Of a stretch of DNA of 64,000 nt, positions 53,381 to 64,000 are shown one piece after another. Every line of letters begins with the position of its first letter. Position 1 is the first letter of the stretch. A model generated the notes under the pieces. That model ran no database searches. It saw nothing but the letters and a program-made list of their open reading frames with translations, and had not been told where the DNA came from. The position numbers were made by a program, and so were the translations under genes. Origin of the DNA: Octopus vulgaris (taxonomy: Eukaryota); NCBI GenBank assembly GCA_951406725.2, contig OX597821.1, forward strand, positions 105,276,001-105,340,000. Direction: 5' to 3'.

Positions 53381-54899
53381 TGTAGACAGAATGTGAAGGT
53401 GGATGTGCGGGCTGTGTTTGTAAAGATGTGCGTGTGTCGTCTGCAGTGGGACAAGGACAGTTTTTTTTTCTATGAAGCTTTTTTGTTTTTTTTAGTCTAT
53501 CCACTGATATAGTGTTTTTACGGCCATTAATGTCTCTAGTGAAAAAATTATCCGTGCGTGAATGAAAACGGAAAGGACCTTCACACGGAGCTATTTACGG
53601 AGGTTTAACAACAACGTTGCACTCGCAAGCGTGAGTCCAAGAAGTAAAGTTTCCTTGAAGGCAAATCTGGAAATGGAATTGTCCAACAGGTATATGGTTT
53701 TAAACAGGAACGATATATTCAAAATTGGTGAAACTAAATGTTGTCTATGATAAATTAACTTTATTATTGTTAATGAATATGTTAGTGCTATTTTATTTAT
53801 GTACTGTTTTGCTGCCATTTGTTTATGTTGTTTGATTTCTTTATCACTCAGTTTCTACTAAGAGAGAGACGCGAGTAAAATGAATAGTAGAGAAACGAAA
53901 ATAAAACTTTGGAAACAGCAATACCGCCATAACTTATGTGAGAACCACCAACGTACTTTCAAGGGAAATAATCAGAGAAAGACCAGAAAGTCAGCGTAAG
54001 AGCGCATAACTTCTTGTAAAGTAAAGTAAATATAGCAAATAATCCAGATTCCTTGTCGGGAACGAGATCGATCTCAAAATCATCTACTCAGTTGGTGCCA
54101 GTCACAAGGCCAAAAGTATTACGTAACAGTTGATGTAGTTCCTCTCAAATATACCATTTGCATAGTTTCAAGATTTAAAACGCCTTCCGTTTTGACGAAT
54201 GGCTTAGCGTGAATGGTGACATGTCATTTCCACTGGAGAAATATATTAAGGGGGAGAATACACCGAAATATCTTGGCATGCCATGTAGATGATTTATATA
54301 GCTAGATGGAGAAGATAAAGGTCCTAGAAAATTCCACCTTCTACAATATGGCTGCGTTCAGTCACGTTGCTTGACCCTATAGGCAAAATATATATATGTG
54401 TGTATATAGATAGTTACATAAATATGTAGATAGATACATAAAAATGTAACTATATGAAAGCATTATTACAGCAATAATGAAGCGGTTAGATAGACCTCTA
54501 CCTTAGTAGGTATAATATTAAATATCTGAATAAAAGAAGGATAAAAATACCGCTTGCCAAAGATGAAAACGAAAGATTAAAAACGAGCCAGTCCTACGAT
54601 AAATACACACACGAGCAATGCAATGAACACTTTAAAAAATAGGCCTACCTTCAGGGTGGAATTTGAAGATAGTTTACATACCCCAATATCAATTGATTTC
54701 ATGCTGTGCATGAAAAAAACATGCTTTGCAATCTTCAGTTGGAGAGAGTAATATCTAGTTCCCAAATATTGACTACGTCAACTCGTGTGCGTTTCGAAAT
54801 TTAAACGTCCTGCTCCGTTTAAAAAGAAAAGATAGATACATATATGAATATATATAGATATACAGTTGCATACATTTATATATGTACATGCGTGAGTGC

Positions 54900-56030
54900 C
54901 TAAATCTCTCAACGAGAGACATGGAGCAATAGTACTTTAAAGTAAAGATTACTTGTCAATATAATATGGCTGTCTCGGTTAGGATAAAAATTACAGTTGT
55001 TTAACCCCAGGAAACATCCTTTCCAGCTAACTGTAATACACATTATCTGTGCCCTTATATTTTCGAAAAGGGGAGTTTAGCATTCCTACCCCAGCAACAG
55101 CGCAATATCTGGGGACTACGGTTTCATAGTTTCTCTGTATGTGTGCATGCGTGTCTTTGTTTATGCTTTTTCTTCCTATCATTGCTTGGCAACCGTTGCA
55201 GTTTTATTTGCATCCCCTTAACTTAGCAGTTCCATCAAACAGACTGATATAATATTACCAGACTTAATATTCGTCAACACATCGTAGGTAGTCATCCATC
55301 CTGACCTCAGTCCAATGAACTGAAACAAGTAAATGGTAAATGACAGAATATAAAGATATTTAAAAACAAATTATTTCTACTAAAGAAATATAAGTCAAAA
55401 ATTGAAATATTATTTCTAAATCTATCAATATTTGCCCATATAATATGGCAGTCCTAGTTGCGATGAACGCTACTGTTATTTAGCCCCAGGAAACATCGTT
55501 TCCCGCTGGTTACAAGGCATACTATCTGTGTCCTTATATTTTTTAACAGGGCAGTTTAGCATTTCCACCCCATCACAGAACAATATCTGTGGACCATGGT
55601 TTCAGTGTTATTTCTCTTCTTCGGCACGGAATAATCCCTCGGCTGAGGATGGCGCTGCTAAAATCTCCATTCGAAAAGATGCAATTTTCAAAGAGATATA
55701 TAATCACTGATCTACTAAGTAGACACATTATTATTTCAAAATCTCTCAATGAGAGTCATGCAGTAACAGTACCTTAAAGTAAAGATTAATTGCCAATATA
55801 ATATGACATTACCGGTTGGGATGAATGGCAACTACGCTAAAGAACGGAAATAACGTTGACACCGCGATCCACAGATATTGCTCTGTATTGGGGTGAGCAA
55901 TTCGAAAATATAAGGACACAGGTAGGGGTTCGTATACGCAACTGGAGACGGCGTTTCATGGTGATAAATAACTGTAGCATTCATTCCAGTCAGGGCTGCC
56001 ATATTATATTTGCAAATAATCTTTAATGTC
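54900..56030. mobile_element. cluster of family C hammerhead-bearing repeats (tandem plus inverted copies)
   Basis: Homologous segments at 54902-55130 and 55430-55832 (period 358 bp) and an inverted copy at 55835-56030; a SINE S1 fragment lies at 55135-55345. Confidence 0.8.
55586..55630 (-). ncRNA. minimal type I hammerhead (family C), U4C variant
   Basis: TCCGTG-CCGAAGA-AG(AGAAATAACA)CT-GAA-ACCATGGT-C-CACAGA. Confidence 0.75.
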
Positions 56031-57284
56031 AGCTGTATTAATATCAAAGCTGTGCGAGTGATAATGAGAATATATATTTCAACAGAATCTAATTAATATT
56101 AAACGCAACTTACTCAATAGCACAAGGTGTGTGTGTCAATGAAAGACTTGTAGTGCAAGTGATATATATTGGCTTAATATTATTCGACTCTAATTAACTA
56201 GATTTCATAGAGGATAATACAAAAAAAGCTTGTAAAGAACACCAAGTACACAATAAGATAAATAAATACAATTTTCCTCGATGGTCTGAAAAATATAATT
56301 AAATAGATCAACATATAGAACAAAATTTACCAAAGCTGAGGTGGAGAACGGCACCATATATATATTGGAATAAATATCCTTAATACTTATAATATTGATG
56401 CAAATAGCCATGCTTCTTTCGTTTTTATTTTCTCGTAAAATACACCGGATTATATGGGAATATCGGTAAAAGACGAAATTTTCATGAAGACAATACAACG
56501 TAGACAATATAACTGCGACTACGATCTGCTACAACATAGAGGTTTCAGAAAATGACAATGTGAAAATTACATGGAAAATTAATATAGAGACAGCTCAGTT
56601 TTGCTCAAGATATTAAACATGACGATATTTTCTCTAACGAAATTGACAACAGAGTTATAATTATCGGTATATCAATAGCCAATTACTATTGTGTTGATAC
56701 AGGAAAGAGCTGAAAGTATAAACATTTACGCCATCTTTGTTTAGTAACTTAACACATTACAGCAGTTATCTCTAATATCATCCGCTCTTGGTACAAGTTA
56801 TGTGATAAAGAGTGGCTTTTGAAAAGGCATAATTGCATTTTGTATGTGGAGAGGAAAAAGCAGCTATTTCTAGAAAATAGCAATCATAAGAGTAATATGT
56901 ACATATTACGCATATTTTCGTAAACACGCCAATTAATTTAGTTTAGAAAGGTAACTCTGGCAATATTTAGCAAATTATAAGCAATAATAAAGGTATCATC
57001 AGAAATACGTATCTGTGAATGGAATGGAACACAACAGAGTAAATCGTATTTCAAAGCGCATAATATTTAGATATCACATTTTAGCGAACTTAATACCTAT
57101 GATGGAATAAAAATAAGAATATTGGAGATTCACTTGGACATTACTTACAAATGTAAGTAATGGTGATTATTTCGAAACAAAGCGACAGTTTCGTAGAAAT
57201 GCTGGGTCTGTAGAAGATTACGGCAGTTCTAGAAAGTATAGACTTTCAGATTAGATATGATACTAACTTACATAATAAGACATA

Positions 57285-57708
57285 CTCTTTTACGCTTTTA
57301 TTTGTTCCAGTCATTTGACTGTGTCCCTGCTGGAGCACCACCTTTAGTCGAACACATCGACTCCAGGGCTTATTCTTTGTAACCCTAGTACTTAGTATGT
57401 GGGTTCTTTTTGCCGAACCGCTAAGTTACTGGGACGTAAACACACGAGCATCAGTTGTCGAGCGATGTTGTGAGGGGGGACAAACACAGACACAGAAACA
57501 TATACACACACATACATACATTATATATATTTATATATGTATATACATATACATACGACGGGCTTCTTTCAGTTTCCGTCTACCAAATCCACTTACAGGT
57601 GTTGGTTGACCCGAGGCTATAGTAGAAGACAATTGCCTAAGGTTCCACGCAGTGGGACTGAACCCGAAACTATCTAGTTCGTAAGGAAGCTACTTACTAC
57701 GCAGCCAT
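57285..57708 (-). mobile_element. near full-length SINE family S1
   Basis: Minus-strand head tggctgcgtagtaagtagctt...cgggttcagtccc (A/B boxes) followed by the family body. Confidence 0.85.
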
Positions 57709-58109
57709 TGCAAAATCATCACTACATATAATATTGATCTCTTAACACGGACATGAAGGTGATTATTTGGGAAATACGAATAACTGATAGAAAATAAGCA
57801 TGCAGTGGACAACAACTTTTTACACTAGCATGCTAAATTATTTCTGTTTCTAAAAGCAACAAAAACACATTCGGTAACCAATATGATTAACACATATGAG
57901 CATAACTATGTTAACTTGTTAAAGTACATACAGTCCTACTGAAACGAGAAGATAAAACAGAAAATAAACTCAAAAATTATACAAAACATGTTTGCTAATA
58001 ACGAAGATGATATCGAATACAATAGTGTATAGATAAAATATTTCAGATGTGCAGACGAATATGAATAATTAAAATATCAAGACGCCAATTTCACAAATAA
58101 AATTATGTA

Positions 58110-58230
58110 AATCCTCAATGGCGCGTATATGAGAATTTTAATGTAAGCTGCAGAAGGGAAATAACACTGACACCGCGATCCACAGATATTGCTCTGTGCT
58201 GGGGTTGGCATGCTAAGCTCACCGATTCGA
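58110..58230 (+). mobile_element. family C fragment with degenerate hammerhead
   Basis: CTGCAGA-AGGGAAATAACACT-GACA-CCGCGA-TC-CACAGA; about 30 bp identical to 55857-55886. Confidence 0.7.
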
Positions 58231-58377
58231 AAACAACACAAGGATGAAAAGAAAAAACAACACATCAGGTTGACGGAAAATAGATGATGCGTGTTAGGGA
58301 AAAGGGAAATATAGCGGAACAATGAAATAAACAATACAAATTTTATTTATTTATATACATCTACGTATGTATGTATG

Positions 58378-58410
<33 letters not shown>

Positions 58411-58440
58411 ATGCATGTGTATATGTGTGCGTTTCCTCTC

Positions 58441-58496
<56 letters not shown>

Positions 58497-58503
<7 letters not shown>

Positions 58504-58794
58504 TAACGGTAGAAATTGATATTAATCAATTAAAACCAGTGGCCTAGCATATTTCTGAAAATATCCAAAGATTAAACATTTTTACATACAAAATTTAGAG
58601 GACAGACCACTAAAAATGGACAGCCCGTAATCGTCTTTTTTTTTTACTTAGTATATTTTCATTTGTCTTGCTTATTTTTACACTTTGGTTTAATGCTGAC
58701 TTTTTTCTTGAGAACACATTATTCATGGAAAATGGCGATTTTGACGTCTATATCTAGCATACCGGCTGTCCATTTTTAGTGGCCACTTCTCTAA

Positions 58795-58798
<4 letters not shown>
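58497..58798. mobile_element. (TA)n-flanked element with internal inverted repeat
   Basis: atttagag...ccactaaaaatggacagcc versus ggctgtccatttttagtgg...ctctaaat. Confidence 0.7.
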
Positions 58799-58841
<43 letters not shown>

Positions 58842-59022
58842 AAAAAATGAAGTTCGAAAATGCTGCTGTATTATACAATTTTTAATTTTTATATATACAT
58901 TATAACATGTTTCAGTTCCTGAAATGAACCTTATCAAAAAAAGTTATATATAAAAAGAGACAGCTCATGCCGTCAAACACAAGAAATTCATTTATAATAC
59001 ACAACGGAGTCAGACATCTTAG

Positions 59023-59070
59023 AGTTCATGTATAGTTGATATATAGTTCATGTATAGTTGATATATAGTT
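59023..59070. repeat. 22-bp tandem duplication
   Basis: agttcatgtatagttgatatat x2. Confidence 0.9.
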
Positions 59071-59418
59071 TGAAGTATATGTTCAAAGTGTTCGATGCAG
59101 TGGCCCACGGTGGCGATACGTATTCAATACAAAAAACAGATCAAAGTGGTGGAAAGCGGTCAATACAGAAGATTGATGTTTCCGAAAGAGCGAGGAATTC
59201 ATTTTTACCTTAAGCAATTGTGATGACCCATGGTGGAAGTTCGCTGGGTGGTTCTAGTGATTTTTTGTGAAATGCTTGGTTTTATAATGCCTGTTAGGTG
59301 GTCAATCTAGCGTAGCGTGACGTCATCAATGTTTTGACCAATCGTTTCGTTAGGTGGCTTTAATCAAGTGGAACGGGACGTCATCATTATTTTGACCAAT
59401 CGCTGCATTATAACTCCC

Positions 59419-59454
<36 letters not shown>

Positions 59455-59750
59455 GATGAGATGAAGTGTGTTCTATTAAGCATGTATTAGAGTACAAATA
59501 GAGCTCGTAAACCATTAGAATTCTCAAATAGGCGGTAGCATTAGGTCTTCCTCGTGTGTGAAAAAAAGTATAAAGTGAAAGAATCAAAAGGAAGAGTAAG
59601 TAGGGTTACTTATTACAGCTATGTAATAATCACTACAAATGTTTCGATGTATAGAGATCCACGTATATGCAGGATTTAAATTAAATCATATAACGATTTA
59701 CTTGTATAATTATTATTTTACTTTTTACATTTTACTTTATATATATATAT

Positions 59751-60420
59751 AAATAGGTGAATGAATTATCCTATATTTATCGTCAGCATGGAAAATTCGT
59801 TGAACCGAAACCAGGGTAGCAAACTCACGTCAGAAACACGGTTGAAGCGACCTGTCCAAGGGTAGAAACTCCGGGTTCATGTGCAGACATTTGTGTGTTG
59901 TATATGAATTAAAGAAAGAATGGAGTCGAACGAAGATGTTAACAAAATTCCTTTACTTTTGACATATGTTTCGAAGACAACATGGTTTCATTCCAAAGAA
60001 ATGAAGGGTGCATTATGCAATCTTCTCATCAGGAAAGAAAGGGAGCCTCTCTCGACAACAAGACAAACAAAAATTTTGATGACTGCCTACATGGTAAACA
60101 AAACGATAATGAGTGTTTTTAAAAAAACGTTAGAAGAATTGACGTCAAAGATAGATAGTAGGAAGAGAAAGGTTAAAGGAATAATAGGTAGGGAACAAGT
60201 GGAGAAGGAAGGGTACGTTGATTAAAAAAGAATGTTCGAAGGCTTAGGAAATTATTTCGCTATTGAAGTGGGGTGGACGTTAAGCTAATTGTTCAAACCA
60301 CAGTGACTATCGTTATCATTTATATGAGTAAAACGTATGTTTCTGCTAGTGTTTATATTTGTATGATTTTTCTATGATTGTGTTTACAAGGGGAAACTTA
60401 GAGAGGAGAATATGGAAGAG
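59751..60420 (-). mobile_element. family B repeat, colinear (non-inverted) copy
   Basis: Contains the family 3' terminus and the hammerhead region in continuous orientation; the distal boundary is approximate. Confidence 0.75.
59948..60044 (-). ncRNA. type I hammerhead ribozyme, intact core (family B)
   Basis: TCCCTTTCTTTC-CTGATGA-GAAGAT...GTCTTC-GAA-ACATATGT-C-AAAAGTAAAGGAA; the first pair of helix I is mismatched. Confidence 0.82.
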
Positions 60421-61227
60421 TTCTATATATATATAGGTGTGTGTGTGCGTGTGTGTGTATGTATAGGGAGGTGGAGAGAGAACCACGACTCATGCATGCT
60501 GCAAGAGTGTCTCTTTCAACGCATACACGATATATAGAGTACCGTCCATCATAAGTCATTCAATATGCACAATGTAGTACAGTATTACGGCGTCACAACT
60601 TGATGTTTAACATTTATCGTTTCCTCTGTTCTGCAAAAATTGGATCGCAATATTTATAGTCATTTCATTCTAAAGCACCACATCCAACAGTGATATACTG
60701 ACACAAACACACATAAATACACACAAATATGTATGTATGCATGTATGTATTTATGTAATGGGAATTGGCATAAATTTCGGTATTAAAAATTAAATAAAGT
60801 ATTCATGAAAACAGTATGTATATAATAGCATTCATCAAAAATGATTTAAGAAATATTAACATCATGCACGCGAGACAAACTGTGTTTTACAAAGTACAGT
60901 TTTGCCAATGCTTAAACATTAATGAAGGAGGCAGTGTAACACTTGAAAAAAACAAAACAAACGAAAATATACATATTGGAGGCACATATTGCCAATACTT
61001 AAAATGAGCTAATCACAAAAAATCAATCAATGTTATCAATATATGAAGTAGCTCATTAATTAATCATAGACAAAATTATCTTTATTTGAAGCTTAATTAG
61101 TAAATCTAAGCAAATAATTAGAGCGTTTACATTACACACCCCCAAAACATATACAAATATGTTATATTACACAGAAACGTAGCCTAGTTATCAGAAAATA
61201 AAAAAAAATATCTGAATATGTATTCTC

Positions 61228-62430
<1,203 letters not shown>

Positions 62431-64000
62431 AATGATAACTTGTTCTTATTGCTTCTGATCGTCACTGTTTCTAAGTGTTGTCGTGTACATAATTTTTCTT
62501 TATATAAAAGATGGATTACAGCAAATATTCTACTGGACACCAGATTTGCTTGTCAGTCGCTTGATCATAATCAGTTGAGCATGTCCCTAGGTTGCTGACA
62601 ATATATATATCTCTGCGCACTAGCAGTAGTAGTAAGGGCGCATCATAGCCATGTGTGGAGAGGAATTTTGTGGGTTTAGAATAATTTACCTCTGGAAATA
62701 TAGATCTTTCTTTTATCACCCTCAAGAAAATTTTATTCAGAGACCATTTGAGTGACATGGGTTACTTGACCTGAGGTAAATTCTAACTGAATCCCGTCTG
62801 CAACGCTGTTTACCTACATGTAAAATCACCATTTTGCGCACATTTGGTTGTGATGCATGTGCCACGTGTACCCTTATCAAATAGGTAGTCGTGATGGGCT
62901 TCGTATATTTGTACCCCAGTGTCGCTTTGATGGCATCACCTTGTTCATTAAAAGAACATGAATACACATACAGCCATCAATAGATACCAGACCTCACTTA
63001 TATGAGCAATGTGGTATAATAATATTTTCGAATGTATTCAGGAGAACAGCCAAATAAAAGACTTACGTGATAGAGTAGATTTAATATTTTGGTCGCCTGT
63101 CGTAAAAGAATCTCCGGTATAATTTATATTTTATAATTTTCTTTATCCAGTGGCTACAATACTAGTAGAAATGATAAATACTCCCCAAACCTAGGACAAA
63201 ACACACATTAATATGGTAAATGAGAATAAGTGAATGCCTAGTGAAGTATTAGTTTCTATTCAAAACATCTTGGAAATTACAGCAAATGAATATGTTATAA
63301 ACAAGCTTTAACATCTCGATCGATGTGGACTGTTAATGTGCTGCAGAGACAACTTTCTCTATAAAATACCTCAAAAAGAATCTCAGAAACATTATTTTCA
63401 TTGTTTAGTCGTGAACACATAAATTTATATAACTACAAATTTGTTAGAGAACCTTATACCATATAGATTTTGTATGACTTGCTTTCTTGTATTATTTATT
63501 TGTCTTTTGAATACAGAATTGTTCAGCCATTATTATGAAACGTTTTTACATAGGATAGCTTTTGTGTTTTCAGAACAAATATTATTCGCGTTAGCACTTA
63601 TAAATTCATTGAGAAACGAATAAGTCTTAGTGTACTATGAGCTTAATAACTCAACGTTAATATATTTATGTAGACAAGTGAAATATCACCTTTCTAACGG
63701 AATTTATACCAGCAATTGTGAAAGGAACCCTTAATAACAGTATTATGCGCTGTTAATATTGTAACCAACATATAAATATTGAAAATCGGAGATCACTCCA
63801 TTCTCTAAAGAGTCAATTTCCTCCCTTGTAATCCTTAAGCAGGTGATAAAGGAGAAGAAATAATAGATGAAATAGCTCTGCGTAATGCACGATGAAAATG
63901 GTTGGCATTTTATACAATACATCCCAACATGCAACCAGCAATGAATATAACATTATAAGACCGTTTTAAGCAACTTACATGGCGACTTGACGTAATGTAA

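Noticed and set aside
62620-63000. Possible LTR retrotransposon pol remnant on the minus strand
   Set aside because: Similarity is too weak to support without a database search.

Overview
AT-rich animal genomic DNA dominated by (TA)n, (CA)n, (TATG)n and trinucleotide microsatellites and by transposon remnants. The SINE families and microsatellite load resemble an octopus (coleoid cephalopod) genome; this is an inference. No host protein-coding exon is supported, and almost all listed ORFs are microsatellite artefacts. Recognisable elements are decayed Tc1/mariner transposons, two copies of a GG-ended MITE with 8-bp TSDs, four LINE clades (APE-type, RTE, R4/Dong-like, HERO-like), a Penelope-like RT and many tRNA-derived SINEs. 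The most striking signal is RNA-level. At least four unrelated repeat families carry type I hammerhead ribozyme folds, several with intact cores and compensatory helix changes, mostly inserted in (TA)n tracts and often as fold-back inverted structures. The 3' UTR of the HERO-like LINE also carries a hammerhead with scrambled (non-circularly permuted) strand order. All folds and alignments were done by eye, and many boundaries are approximate.
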